From positions 8,510-72,509 of IMG/VR virus record IMGVR_UViG_3300005347_000205: a stretch of 64,000 bases of DNA; one strand, written 5' to 3'. Under the pieces are notes generated by a model, which was not told where the DNA came from, did not search any database, and was given only the letters and a program-made list of their open reading frames with translations. Below, in pieces: positions 35,926-46,399 of the stretch (position 1 is its first letter; each line of letters starts with the position of its first letter). Origin of the DNA: a virus. Made by a program: the position numbers and the translations under genes.

Positions 35926-38885
35926 CCAACAATCTCCGGATAAATGACGTTCACGATCTGGTCGAGCGGGTCATAAAGATTGACTACCTCGATCCCGCCC
36001 GACTCAAGCACCCAGAGAGCAGCCCCGTCGTAGATCGACTGATCAAGATCCGGCTCATCGTCGGGCAACGTTTTCATCGACATCTGGATCTGGGTCACGC
36101 TGTCGGTGAGCCACTCGGTCGTCAGCAGATCGGATGCCATGCGCGTCACGGTCATCCAGGATATCCGCTTTACCTCGGACGGGGATATGTCGGACTGCCA
36201 CGTCTGAGACAACTGGAGAACGGATTCCCCATCATCTCCCGTCATGCCCGTCACGGTGCGCAGAATCTGGGCACCTCCAAAAAGCGTGAGCGAAATCGAA
36301 CGGTGGACGGGATCGTTCAGAAAATTGTCTGCAACATCGGTACCGCGGATTCGCAGGGTGTTGTTACCGGCAATGGCCGGGGCGGCCATCAAAAGATCCT
36401 CCTGGCCGCTCGGCAGATAAAATTCGCCCTGGCGGCCACGCATCCGCTCGAAGAAGCGGCGGACACCATCTGTCTCATCGCGCCCGATCCCGACGAATGT
36501 GGCTCGCCTCGTTTCCGATCCGAACGCTACAGGGCGATAGGTATTGACAACTCCATAGCCGTAGTCGACCTCCTCCACGGGCCAGTCGAAATTGTTGTCT
36601 ACCCCCCTTGCCCAATTGGGGTTAAACGGGAATACCTCCCGCCCATTGTGGACGAGCAACCCCGGATCACCCCCATCATATGGTTCAGAGCCGGGTTCAA
36701 CCCTGAACCCGATCGTCACGGCAGCGACATTGTCGGTGAGGTTCTTGGCCGAGATGCTGTCATCCAGTCGCCCAGTGAGACCTGGTCGCACTCGCGCACC
36801 CTTGGGCCAGGACTGCGTGCTGCCGCTGACGAGCGAAATCTGCGAACCATTGATCCCCTTGATCGTCGCCGCTTCCATTCGGTCGGCAGCGTCTATGACA
36901 ATGGTGGCCCCGATCGTCATCCAAGCAGGAGGTGCGCTGTTCAACGTCAGGCTTTCCGCGCCCGGTGCTGTTGTTGAGGCTATGGTCACCGAACGGGTCG
37001 GATCGCCCAGGGTCATGTCGCGATTCTGCGCGGTCTTCAGCAGTCGCGTAAAGGAGCGAAATCGTTCACGATCGACCGTCACGGAGAATTCAAACCGCTT
37101 ACGTCCGCTTCGCCGAAGCGCGCGGCGCTGCTCACGCCCGGATCTGGTGGTGATGATGTCGGTACGGAACTCCAGATCCACATCGACCGACTTGCTCCAG
37201 TTTGGAGCGAAATCGAACAGGACTGCGCGCTTGCCAGTCACTGTGAGATATGATGGTAATAAACTGCTACCGAAGTTGAATTGAAAGCGGCCGTTGATAT
37301 TATACGGTCCGTCCGAGCCAACATTCACGGTGAAGCCGAGTGTCCCGAGGGCACGGATATCCAGACCGTTGTTGAGCCCGGAGATCGTTACTCCACTCTC
37401 GCCGAGCGATTGCGTCTCCGTCAGGACGACTGGGTTCGGCCACGCGTTCCATAGCGTCGCCGTTCGAGTGGCTGCGTTGGGAATCGCGCCGATGTCCAGC
37501 ATGTTGGGAAGGAGGTGGATTCTGTAATACCAGTCGCTCCTGAAGCTCCGCTGACGACCACCCGGAACGAGGATCTCTGGTGCCAGAGCAGGTGATGAGC
37601 CGGTAATAGTGCCACCCCGCATCACGACGGTAGGTAACACGGCACGTGGGATCGAAGGCCGCTGGCGGACAAAACCCGATGTCGACCAGCTTTGGTCATC
37701 GTCCCAGCTTTCGCTATCGTTCCATAATTCTGTCGTCTCCTGGTCACCCTGACAATTCAAAGTGAGTCCGATAAGCCCGACGGCCGCCAGGGGGGCCGGT
37801 CGCTGACCGAAGCGATCGCCTGTGATCGCTGCCAAATAATCCTGCTGCTCAGATCCATCGAAGCTGGCCGCGAGATTGGTTACTGCAAAGGCCCCAAGAT
37901 CCTCGGCGCCCTCGCTACCGCTGAAGCTCGCGACAGCTGCCGGTATAGCAGCCGCACTCAGATCATCACTGTCCTCGACGGCCGCCATCAAGGCCGGGCG
38001 ATAATGAACGGCGGTAGCAGATGCCACCAAGCCATCGCTACCCTCGGCTGCCGTGAAACCTGCCGCCGCGACTGGGCCTATGACTGTGGTGAGAGTTTCG
38101 CGCCCTTCATTGGCATGGAGGACGGGTTCGGCAACATCGACGGTCGTGACGACGATGACGATTTGTCCATGGGAGCCAAAGCCAGACCCTGCCGAACCGG
38201 TGTTTTCACCGAAGCCGCCACCTCCCGCGCCCCAGCCGCGGTTGGTAACCGACAGGTCACCGCCGCCATGGCCACCGGTGAAACCAAGTTTGGCCCCGCC
38301 GCCGCCCGAGCCCGGACCGCCCGTGCGCCCATCGGACGAGCGCACGAACATCGCCATAAGGGCGCCAGAACCGCCATCGCCGGAGTTACTGCCGATGCCG
38401 CCCGCTGGTCCACCTGGGAGCGATCCACCGTTCGTACCGCTACTACTGGTGGGGGAGGTTGAGGAGCCGCCAGGGCCCGTCAGCGTCGCGGCAGCACCGC
38501 CACCCGATCCTCCGCCGCCGGGCCCGACGCTTCCCGAATTACCGCCGCTATTGGCTCCGCTCAGGCCGGTAGCGGTACCACCTTGCCCTCCGACAAGCGC
38601 CTCCGGCCCCCACTGCCCAGAATTGGCTCGGAGAATATCACCCGTGTTAGTGGCGTTGCGCAGAAAAGTCTGCCCGCCTTCGCTGACGAAACTCGCGACA
38701 CCGCAATTATAGACAGTACCCGCCGAGGTCGTAACGCCAAGCGCCCATCCGAGACCGCCGCCTCCGCCGCCGCGTTTCCCGCCGAATCCGCCCGCACCCC
38801 AACCATAGGCGTCGAACGACACCGCGCCCGTGGGCATGGTGATCAAGGTCGTCCCAGGCGGATAGTAGAATGTGAGCTTGGCCAC
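35922..38885 (-). CDS. Virion structural protein: Gly-rich N-domain + acidic repeats + distal-tail-like C-domain
   Basis: WGAGG Gly-rich region; PNWS..V..EFRTDIITTRSGREQRRALR; F..MRGRQGEFYLPS. Confidence 0.8.
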   Translation of the reverse strand: MAKLTFYYPPGTTLITMPTGAVSFDAYGWGAGGFGGKRGGGGGGLGWALGVTTSAGTVYNCGVASFVSEGGQTFLRNATNTGDILRANSGQWGPEALVGGQGGTATGLSGANSGGNSGSVGPGGGGSGGGAAATLTGPGGSSTSPTSSSGTNGGSLPGGPAGGIGSNSGDGGSGALMAMFVRSSDGRTGGPGSGGGGAKLGFTGGHGGGDLSVTNRGWGAGGGGFGENTGSAGSGFGSHGQIVIVVTTVDVAEPVLHANEGRETLTTVIGPVAAAGFTAAEGSDGLVASATAVHYRPALMAAVEDSDDLSAAAIPAAVASFSGSEGAEDLGAFAVTNLAASFDGSEQQDYLAAITGDRFGQRPAPLAAVGLIGLTLNCQGDQETTELWNDSESWDDDQSWSTSGFVRQRPSIPRAVLPTVVMRGGTITGSSPALAPEILVPGGRQRSFRSDWYYRIHLLPNMLDIGAIPNAATRTATLWNAWPNPVVLTETQSLGESGVTISGLNNGLDIRALGTLGFTVNVGSDGPYNINGRFQFNFGSSLLPSYLTVTGKRAVLFDFAPNWSKSVDVDLEFRTDIITTRSGREQRRALRRSGRKRFEFSVTVDRERFRSFTRLLKTAQNRDMTLGDPTRSVTIASTTAPGAESLTLNSAPPAWMTIGATIVIDAADRMEAATIKGINGSQISLVSGSTQSWPKGARVRPGLTGRLDDSISAKNLTDNVAAVTIGFRVEPGSEPYDGGDPGLLVHNGREVFPFNPNWARGVDNNFDWPVEEVDYGYGVVNTYRPVAFGSETRRATFVGIGRDETDGVRRFFERMRGRQGEFYLPSGQEDLLMAAPAIAGNNTLRIRGTDVADNFLNDPVHRSISLTLFGGAQILRTVTGMTGDDGESVLQLSQTWQSDISPSEVKRISWMTVTRMASDLLTTEWLTDSVTQIQMSMKTLPDDEPDLDQSIYDGAALWVLESGGIEVVNLYDPLDQIVNVIYPEIVG

Positions 38886-38900
38886 CGCGTGGCTCCAGTT

Positions 38901-39458
38901 TTAGTTGGCGGCGGTGAAATCGAAGGCGGAGACCGTCACCTGCTGGGTGGTGGCGATATTGGTGTTGGTCATAGTCATGCTCTCCGGGCCGGCGTAGGCC
39001 CACACGACCGTGCCATCGGTGATACCGGTGCCGGTACCGCTCGGGCCGCCCGACGATGCCGACGTGCCTGGTGTCGTGCAGCGAAACACGAGGCCGTTGA
39101 TGTGACATTGCTGACCAGAGGCCCAAGCCGTGTTCGGCACCCATGGCTGCGATACTAGCCCCTGAAAGTGGCAAGTTGTCCCTGAACTGTCCATCAACTC
39201 CCACTGGGTCGCATAACCGCTGGCGTCGGCGGAAGGATCTTCCCAGGTGCCCGTTTTTACCTTGGTCCGCGAGCTCGCATTGCCCAGCCAGTCGGAAGGG
39301 AGGTTTATCGTGGCGAGAATCGTGCCGCTGCGCGCTGCAGCGCAGTTGGCCGGCATCGTACCGTTACGAAGACGCAGGATCGGCGATGTGCCGACCGTGG
39401 TTTCATACGCATTGAGCTTCGCATTGGCGACCGCATCAGAGGTCTGGAACGTACCCAT
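38901..39458 (-). CDS. Virion structural protein with inserted carbohydrate-binding-like module
   Basis: LATINLPSDW; W.PNTAW..GQ....G.VFRCTT.GTS..P......DGTVVW. Confidence 0.7.
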   Translation of the reverse strand: MGTFQTSDAVANAKLNAYETTVGTSPILRLRNGTMPANCAAARSGTILATINLPSDWLGNASSRTKVKTGTWEDPSADASGYATQWELMDSSGTTCHFQGLVSQPWVPNTAWASGQQCHINGLVFRCTTPGTSASSGGPSGTGTGITDGTVVWAYAGPESMTMTNTNIATTQQVTVSAFDFTAAN

Positions 39459-39470
39459 CGAGTTCTCCTA

Positions 39471-40430
39471 TTAGCCGAGGTAGGCGTAGCCGATGACATG
39501 GCTGGTTTCCTCAGCCGCCCAGCCGCCCAGGCTTTTGCCAACAGTGGTTGCCTCCTTCTTCGAGAAGGCTGGAAACAGATACCAAGTGTCGCTTCCGATG
39601 GTGAGCTGCGCGCCAGGATCGATCCCACTCAGATTGACCATGCGGACTCCGGCCGGGTTTCCAAGCGGAGCAAAGTTCGCCGTCGCTCCGCCAGCGGTAG
39701 GGGCGTAAAGCTGGATCGGCACGAGCATGTTGATACCAGCGAACGTGCCGATGCCGCGGGCCACATAAGCGTCGTTAATCTCGTCCGAGAATCCCCCAAA
39801 GGCTTCACTACCGGTCATGGTGTCGACCGGGTTGCCGGTTATCGGGCAAGCAAAGGTGCGCCATTTCACACCATTATTGGCGTGATCAACGAGGACGCCG
39901 CCGGCCTCGGATGGCGTGCGGAGGGCCTGGAAGCCGGAGAACAGATATTGGTGTGCAGGATCTCGGTAGTTGCGAGGATAATCGGCACCATCAGCAGACG
40001 CAGCAAAGTCGCAACCTGATATCACCTGACCGCCGATATAGCCGCCAATCTTATCCATCCCGCCCAGGTATAGGTGACGGTAGCTGTTGAAGCCGTACTC
40101 GACGATGATAGCCAGATAGGGGGCCGGGCTGAGACCGGCGATAAAATGAACCTTGGTCGGTGCAGAGACCGTGGGCGTAGCCGTCGTTCCATTGAGCTTC
40201 GGACTGCGCGTGCGTGCCGCCGACGTGATCGACGGCGCAGACTGGGCATCCCAGCGGAGTTCCTGGTCGAAACCGTCAGTCGTGGCACTGAGTAAGAAAT
40301 GGATTCCGTCGATCGCGAGCGTCGGTGCGGCCGAACTTCCGCCCACAGTCAGCCCGGCGGTCGGCGCGAAGCTATACATGAGGGCAGGAATTTGGGCGAG
40401 CGCGCTGATACCGTTCTGCTGATATGCCAT
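39471..40430 (-). CDS. Virion structural (tail) protein
   Basis: YRHLYLG, PLG...GVRMVN, IGSDTWYLFP, GYAY. Confidence 0.8.
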   Translation of the reverse strand: MAYQQNGISALAQIPALMYSFAPTAGLTVGGSSAAPTLAIDGIHFLLSATTDGFDQELRWDAQSAPSITSAARTRSPKLNGTTATPTVSAPTKVHFIAGLSPAPYLAIIVEYGFNSYRHLYLGGMDKIGGYIGGQVISGCDFAASADGADYPRNYRDPAHQYLFSGFQALRTPSEAGGVLVDHANNGVKWRTFACPITGNPVDTMTGSEAFGGFSDEINDAYVARGIGTFAGINMLVPIQLYAPTAGGATANFAPLGNPAGVRMVNLSGIDPGAQLTIGSDTWYLFPAFSKKEATTVGKSLGGWAAEETSHVIGYAYLG

Positions 40431-40476
40431 CAGCCGTGAATATCACTATTTTGTTGCAAACGGAAGCGGCGAGCGG

Positions 40477-41421
40477 TCAGTCAAGCCCGACTGCGATATA
40501 TTCGCCGGCGGCGGTTCTAAACACGTTCTGGACGACCATGTGCGTAACACCGTCGGCAGCAACCATATTTTCGGATGCGAGCCCGATACCGGCCACCCGA
40601 TAGACCCCGTCAAGCACACCAAAGGTCTCGTCGGCCGGAATCTTCTGTACGAGGCTGACATCGGTGAGCGGATAGGTACCGTCGAATGTCGCGGTGGTGC
40701 GCTTACGGATCGCGTCGTATCTGGTCGGATCGACGCCCAAGCCGTCGAACATCTGCTCAGGTGCCATGCCGATCTTAGGGTCACCTGGATCATCGCCATG
40801 GTTCCAGCAGCGCAACCACTGGCCCGAAGGATCAAGCATCCATGCACTACTGTCCCGCGCGGGCGAGGACTTGAAGTTTGGGCTGGTGAAGAGAGTATGA
40901 TCGTCTGCTACCGATCGCCAACTAAGCGGCGGTGCCGGATTGTCACCGCGCGTACCTCCCACGAACATCGGGTAAGGATAGCTCAGTGGAGTGGAATAAG
41001 GGAGGAAAAGCCCGCCATAAGCGACTTGGTAGACCGTCGAGATACGTAAAACGACGATGAAACGTCGGCCATTGGCGATGAACCAATAGGTGAATGGGTT
41101 GGCGTCGAGGTACAACCCGACCTTCTTCGAGACATTGATATGTCCCCCAACGTCCGTGGCGCCGGTCAATACCCCGGACATGCCGCGCAGTTCGAGCCAG
41201 TAGCTGTCGAGCGCGACATCTGCATTCAGGCGCAGACCGATAAAGACTTCGTCACTCTCTGATAGCCCCGGCCCTTTGAGAACGCGCTGGTTGCCGTTCG
41301 ACCACGCGACAGTCCAATCTTCATTGGCGGCGACGAGATCGACATTGGTCGTGAGGAAGTTGAGCAGCTTCGACCAGAGGTCGGTGTGACTGCTGGCGGT
41401 ACCGGTTGCATAGGCTGTCAT
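40477..41421 (-). CDS. Virion structural (tail) protein
   Basis: MTAYATGTA, YWFIANGRR, YPYPMFVGG, GVLDGVY, VVQNVFRT. Confidence 0.82.
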   Translation of the reverse strand: MTAYATGTASSHTDLWSKLLNFLTTNVDLVAANEDWTVAWSNGNQRVLKGPGLSESDEVFIGLRLNADVALDSYWLELRGMSGVLTGATDVGGHINVSKKVGLYLDANPFTYWFIANGRRFIVVLRISTVYQVAYGGLFLPYSTPLSYPYPMFVGGTRGDNPAPPLSWRSVADDHTLFTSPNFKSSPARDSSAWMLDPSGQWLRCWNHGDDPGDPKIGMAPEQMFDGLGVDPTRYDAIRKRTTATFDGTYPLTDVSLVQKIPADETFGVLDGVYRVAGIGLASENMVAADGVTHMVVQNVFRTAAGEYIAVGLD

Positions 41422-41517
41422 GGTCGCGATTTAACACGACTTCGGTGCACATACAATTTTATGTTGATCTTGTGTAAGTCGAGTCGTTCATGCCTGAATA
41501 TCACGCGCCGGTGGTTC

Positions 41518-44500
41518 TCATCCCAATGCCGCCTTCACAGCGCGCGAATTCGAGCGCATGAAGTTCAGGATCGCCTTCTCCCCGACCTTGGAGCCGAGAC
41601 CCTGCGACACGAAGTCGCCTGCGTCGATCGTGTTGACGATCTTAATGTTCGGCGCGGCTCCGCTACCGCCATTATTGCGATGGCGTGGATCGTCCGCTGT
41701 CAGCACTTCCTCCCCCTTCTGCAGGATGGCTGGCACCTCGTCGGGGCGGAGGCCGGCCATACCGCCGGTGTGGTAGCGCGTCGCCGATGCGAATATCCCA
41801 GGTGACACGATGCTGTGTCGCGCCAGGCCCCCGCCGCCGATGACGCCACCGCTGTGCACCATCACCGGGGCGACACCGAGGCCACCGCCACCGGCCGCCG
41901 CTGTTGCACCACCGGTGAAGCCCGACAGGAAGCCGGCCACTGCATTGAAGATGAGCTGCTGGATGATCATGCGCGCAATCTGGCGCAGGAACTCAGCGGC
42001 GGTTTCGAGAATGGCTGCCCTCAGCGATTTGAAAACGTTCGCGCCACCGGCGACCGCCTGGGCAAAACGATCAATGGCGTTGACCGCGGCGCCAGAGAAA
42101 GTCTCGGCCAGCTGCTGCCCAGTCAGGCGCGCCGATCCGAGCCGCAACTGGAATTCGATGACCTTCTGCTTGGCGGCCTCAAATCCTTGGATGATCGCCT
42201 GGATTTGTAGCTGGAACTCATCACCGAACAGAGACCTCGCATCCTGCTCGGAGAGGCTCTGGAGAAACTTTTCGGCATTGGAAGTGGCTTCCAAGAGCTG
42301 CTTGTTGATCGTATCGAGCAACGGCTGCAATTGCGCGGCGGTACCACTCTGTCCGGTTTCAAGCAGGCCGGTGATACGCTCCTGCAAGGCATCGCGGTTG
42401 TTCTTAAGAATGTCGACCCGATCGTTGATGGCACCCCAGCGCTCACGAACGACATCCTGGGCATGCGCTTGATCGAAGAGAGCCGCCGTGGTCTCCTTGA
42501 TCTGCTTCACCTGCTCATCGGTAACGTTGACGCCGGCGTCCCTCGCCTTCAGTTCGGCGCGCTGGACCGCTTCGGCTATGGCCTGCTCGCGCTGCTTTGC
42601 GATCAACGCCTCTCCACTCAGGCCGATTTGCTCACGAAGCAGTTGGGCGCTCAGCCGGCGCTTATCATTCTCGGCGTCCAGATCTTCGTTGAATTCCTTC
42701 TGGCGCTTCGCGGTCGCCTCGGATTCCTTGAACTTGCTTTGGGCAATATCACCCTGCGACGGGGCACGACGAACGCCAACCACGTCGTTACGACTGAACG
42801 ACTGGGTGTTCACCCCGTCCTTCTGGTTGCCACCGAGCACCTTTACGCGACCCTGCGCATCGAAGCCCTGGAAGAAGCCGACATGCCCATCGGACGGATT
42901 GCCGCCGCGGTTGAGGATGACGATGTCCCCGACCTTGGGCTCCCCCTTCACTTCCTGACCGAAGCCAAGGAAGGACTTGGCGCTGAGCGAGCCGGTGCCA
43001 GCGATACCGTTGGTGGCGAGCACGGCGTTCACAAAGGCCGCGCACCAGGCGGTCATCTTCGGATCGACATTGATCCCGTTCGACTTGAAGAAATCCTGCA
43101 ATGATCCGCGGTTGGCGGTCTCGTTCATGCCGCTGAACCGCCTCGCAGTGGCGACCAGGGCATCGTTGCTGCTGTTTCCGAGATCCTGCGACCATTCGCG
43201 GACCTGTTTGTCCCTGGCGCTCTGCTGCTGTTTCCGCGCTGCTGTGATCTCTTTCTCGACCGCAAGTTCGCGCTTCTTGTTGGCGATCAACTCGGAGCCG
43301 GAAGACAGGATTTCATCGTTGTACGCGAGCTGTCCAGCCAGGAAGGCTCGGCGCTTCTCCTCGCTAGCGCTCAGTCCCTTATCCGACTTGTCGCGCAGCT
43401 TCTGGAGCTCATTTTCAAGATCGAGCTCAGCCGCCTTCTGTCGGTTAACTTTCTGCTGGGCTGCCGATTCCTGGATGCCGGTGCGCGCTGACTCGGCGTC
43501 GGCCTTGGCGGCTTTTTCCGCCATTGCGGCGGCTTCTTTGCGGAGTTCGCCGAGCTTGGTCTGAAGACGCTCTATATTGAACGGGTTGGCGAGACCAAGC
43601 TGGGCGCCCTGACCCGATTGCGCGAGCGCCAGTTCCTTCTGCGTGTTCGCGATATCGGTGGCAATGTCCTTCAATGTCCGGTTGCCGGACAGTCGATTTA
43701 GGACACTGGTTATCGACCTCGCCAGATTGTCGAAGCTCGTTATTATCCCGTTGATCGCCGCAGTATCGGCGATCGCCTTGATCATCCCATCCCAGGCATT
43801 GCCGAGCGCCTTGGCTGCATCGGCCCATGGTCCCCGCTCCGCAGCTGCGATCTCCGCCATCTTGGCGGCATAGCGCTCAAAAGCTTCGTTGCGCGCGCGA
43901 GCTGCTTGACCGCTTTCGAACATGGCACGAATTTGCTCGCGCTCGGCGGTCGACAGGAAATTCAGGGTGTCGTCGAGCTTCGCGATAGCATCGAAGCCAC
44001 CAGTGAACGCGTCCGCCATTTCCTTGGCGGCAGCCGGCAACTCCTTGCCCGTGGCAATCGCTGCATCCTGCGCGGCACGTCCGAATGCCTCGAACCGCGA
44101 TGGATCGAGCCCATCCCTGTAGAAGAGCTTGACGACAGCAGTGGCGTCTTTGGTTGACGCGCCATAGCGGTCGATCGCCTCAGCTGCCTTGTTGAGATCC
44201 TCAGCGGTCGTCGCGATTCCCGATCCGGTCCCGGCGATCAGGCCATTGAAACCCTTAATCCGGGCCGCCTGATCACTAGCCTCTTTAAGAGACAGCGCTA
44301 TGACCCCGACGGTCGCCGCGAACGTCAAAATGGCCGGGTTACTGAAGGCGGCGACTATCGCGCTGCCGACACGCGGGAATATCTGGAGGAGCTGACCGCC
44401 CTGCTGGGCCAGCGTCTGGCTGAGCGACGTGCCAGAGGCGAGCTGGGTGAAAATGTCGTTGATCTGGAACGACAGGTTCTGCAGCTCATAGGGTTTGAGG

Positions 44501-45645
44501 CCAAACAGCGTCGGCTTGCCACCGAGGCCATTGCGCCCGATCCCCTTGGCTGCATCGTCGGCGCGCTGTTTTACCAGCGCCAGTCCATCCGCATATTCCT
44601 TGCTGCTGATGCGACCGGCCTTGAACAGGACCGATAGCTGATGTGTCTCCTCGGCTAAGCGCTCCTGAATCGAAGCGAGCGGGTTCAGTTTGTCGCGCAG
44701 CGATGCAGCGGCGTTGTCGAGCGCCTTGGCATCAGCCGCCGCAGCCTTCATCTGGGCGTCGAATTTCCGGAGCGCCTCGGCATCGGCTTCCTGGAAGACT
44801 GCCGCCGAATCCCGTGCAGACTTGCCGGACAGGCTACCGGCACCGAGATTGGCCGCGCGTGCCTGGGCGGCCTGCGTTTCTCCCAGTTCCCGCGTGGCGC
44901 GCTCCTGTTCGCGCAGTTTCAGGATTTCGCGATCGCGAGCTTCGGCGAGTCTCAGCACCCCGGCGATCTGGTTTCGATCGCTGTCGGTCAGTGTGCTCTG
45001 TGCGCGATCAACGCCGGTCGCCCGGTTGATGCGCGCCTGAATAGCAGTCGTCTTATCAAGTTCGCCATTCTGGCGTTTCAGTTCGGCAGTAACTTGGGCT
45101 ACCGCGCTGCCGACCTCGGCAAAACCCTCGCGATAAACACGCTGTGCGGCGCGAAGTTCGCCCAGTTGCTGGCGCTCCTTCTCGAAGCGAGCGACCAGGC
45201 CGCCATCGCCGCTGCGACCATTAAGCTGGGTTGCGGCGCGGCCGAGCTCGCGCTTGATCGCTGATATCTGCGCGGCGACCGCCTTGGGATCGCCGAATTG
45301 GCTCGGTCCAACGAAATCCTTGCCGCTCTCCGCCTGCAGCAATTTGAGCGCGCGCCCCAGCTCCTCGATACGGGCCTTGCGCTCGCTGATCGCGCGGTTG
45401 GTCGCCAACAGCCGTTCGGCCTGGGCGCCGGCCGCAGCAGTGGTCGCGTCGAGTGATTTACCGATATTGCGTTCGCTGCGTTCGAGCGCAGCCAGTTCGC
45501 GGGCTAGGGACTTGGCGCTATCAGCGGCGCCCGACTGAGCGGCGTCGAGGGTGCTGAGAGACTTGGCAGCAGCGTTGACGCCAGCGGAGGCTTCGTTCTT
45601 GGCTCGGATGACGAGATTGACATCGCGGTTGCCGCTGCTGCTCAT
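41518..45645 (-). CDS. Tape measure protein with internal TIGR02594 peptidoglycan peptidase domain
   Basis: 1375 aa Ala-rich; QINDIFTQLASG..LAQQGGQL; AWCAAFVN..GHVGFF..LGGNQ; YHTGG..GL.PDEVPAILQKGEEVL. Confidence 0.92.
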   Translation of the reverse strand: MSSSGNRDVNLVIRAKNEASAGVNAAAKSLSTLDAAQSGAADSAKSLARELAALERSERNIGKSLDATTAAAGAQAERLLATNRAISERKARIEELGRALKLLQAESGKDFVGPSQFGDPKAVAAQISAIKRELGRAATQLNGRSGDGGLVARFEKERQQLGELRAAQRVYREGFAEVGSAVAQVTAELKRQNGELDKTTAIQARINRATGVDRAQSTLTDSDRNQIAGVLRLAEARDREILKLREQERATRELGETQAAQARAANLGAGSLSGKSARDSAAVFQEADAEALRKFDAQMKAAAADAKALDNAAASLRDKLNPLASIQERLAEETHQLSVLFKAGRISSKEYADGLALVKQRADDAAKGIGRNGLGGKPTLFGLKPYELQNLSFQINDIFTQLASGTSLSQTLAQQGGQLLQIFPRVGSAIVAAFSNPAILTFAATVGVIALSLKEASDQAARIKGFNGLIAGTGSGIATTAEDLNKAAEAIDRYGASTKDATAVVKLFYRDGLDPSRFEAFGRAAQDAAIATGKELPAAAKEMADAFTGGFDAIAKLDDTLNFLSTAEREQIRAMFESGQAARARNEAFERYAAKMAEIAAAERGPWADAAKALGNAWDGMIKAIADTAAINGIITSFDNLARSITSVLNRLSGNRTLKDIATDIANTQKELALAQSGQGAQLGLANPFNIERLQTKLGELRKEAAAMAEKAAKADAESARTGIQESAAQQKVNRQKAAELDLENELQKLRDKSDKGLSASEEKRRAFLAGQLAYNDEILSSGSELIANKKRELAVEKEITAARKQQQSARDKQVREWSQDLGNSSNDALVATARRFSGMNETANRGSLQDFFKSNGINVDPKMTAWCAAFVNAVLATNGIAGTGSLSAKSFLGFGQEVKGEPKVGDIVILNRGGNPSDGHVGFFQGFDAQGRVKVLGGNQKDGVNTQSFSRNDVVGVRRAPSQGDIAQSKFKESEATAKRQKEFNEDLDAENDKRRLSAQLLREQIGLSGEALIAKQREQAIAEAVQRAELKARDAGVNVTDEQVKQIKETTAALFDQAHAQDVVRERWGAINDRVDILKNNRDALQERITGLLETGQSGTAAQLQPLLDTINKQLLEATSNAEKFLQSLSEQDARSLFGDEFQLQIQAIIQGFEAAKQKVIEFQLRLGSARLTGQQLAETFSGAAVNAIDRFAQAVAGGANVFKSLRAAILETAAEFLRQIARMIIQQLIFNAVAGFLSGFTGGATAAAGGGGLGVAPVMVHSGGVIGGGGLARHSIVSPGIFASATRYHTGGMAGLRPDEVPAILQKGEEVLTADDPRHRNNGGSGAAPNIKIVNTIDAGDFVSQGLGSKVGEKAILNFMRSNSRAVKAALG

Positions 45646-45646
45646 T

Positions 45647-46383
45647 CTACCATATCTCCGAGAGCCGCTTGATCAGCTTGTTGAAAAAAGGTCCCCCTTT
45701 GGTGGTGGTTATCGCTGCACCGGCTGAGTGGATCACCGTGCCAACGCTAGCGAGCATCCCGTTCTGCCGTTCGATCACAAGGGCCGCTTCGTCGCCCAGA
45801 AACCCGAGCGGGTAACCGCCAGCGTCCGGATGGCCATTGCCGAGGAGAAGTCCCACTTGGCGCCGTAACCCCCACAGCCAGCGTTCGAGCGTCAGGGTAC
45901 CTCCCGGCTCGGCGCCGCGCTGATCCCGCCGGCCTGAAGCGTCTTCTGGATCAGCGCGAGCATTTTTCCCGGCGGCATGTCCGAGGTGAAAGTCTGCAGC
46001 GCGATCTTCTCCAGGGCATCCATCTGAGCCCCGACGGGGAGACCGCGCGCGATCACCACGTCCCCGACCCAGGTGAGCAGAATCGGATCATCCGAATCTT
46101 CGAGACCGCTCGGTGCGATCGAGCCACTGGCTAAGGCGATTGCCTCAGCAACAAGTTGTGGCGCTGCATCGATCGCCTGCACGAGGAAGGTCGCCACATC
46201 GGCCTCTGATAGCTGGGCGCCACCGCGTATCTTCTCCGCGATCGCGTTGAACTGAGCAACCATGGCGAGGCCGTGACGCTGAAACAGCGTCAGCAAGTGG
46301 TCGAAGCCCAGACCACGAACGGCGAAATTGCCGCCCGCGGTCTGGACCTCGTAAGTCGGGAAGGTGAGGTTGCGCAGTCCCAT
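45647..46383 (-). CDS. Tail assembly chaperone GT (-1 frameshift product)
   Basis: Slippery GGGAAAA at 45970-45964; -1 frame open to 45647 giving ..LRRQVGLLLGNGHPDA.. Confidence 0.8.
45892..46383 (-). CDS. Tail assembly chaperone G
   Basis: Lies between major tail and TMP; FAVRGL, AP.LVA..IA, LP...Q.DAL..I..TF. Confidence 0.85.
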   Translation of the reverse strand: MGLRNLTFPTYEVQTAGGNFAVRGLGFDHLLTLFQRHGLAMVAQFNAIAEKIRGGAQLSEADVATFLVQAIDAAPQLVAEAIALASGSIAPSGLEDSDDPILLTWVGDVVIARGLPVGAQMDALEKIALQTFTSDMPPGKMLALIQKTLQAGGISAAPSREVP

Positions 46384-46399
46384 CGCAATCTACTCCGGA

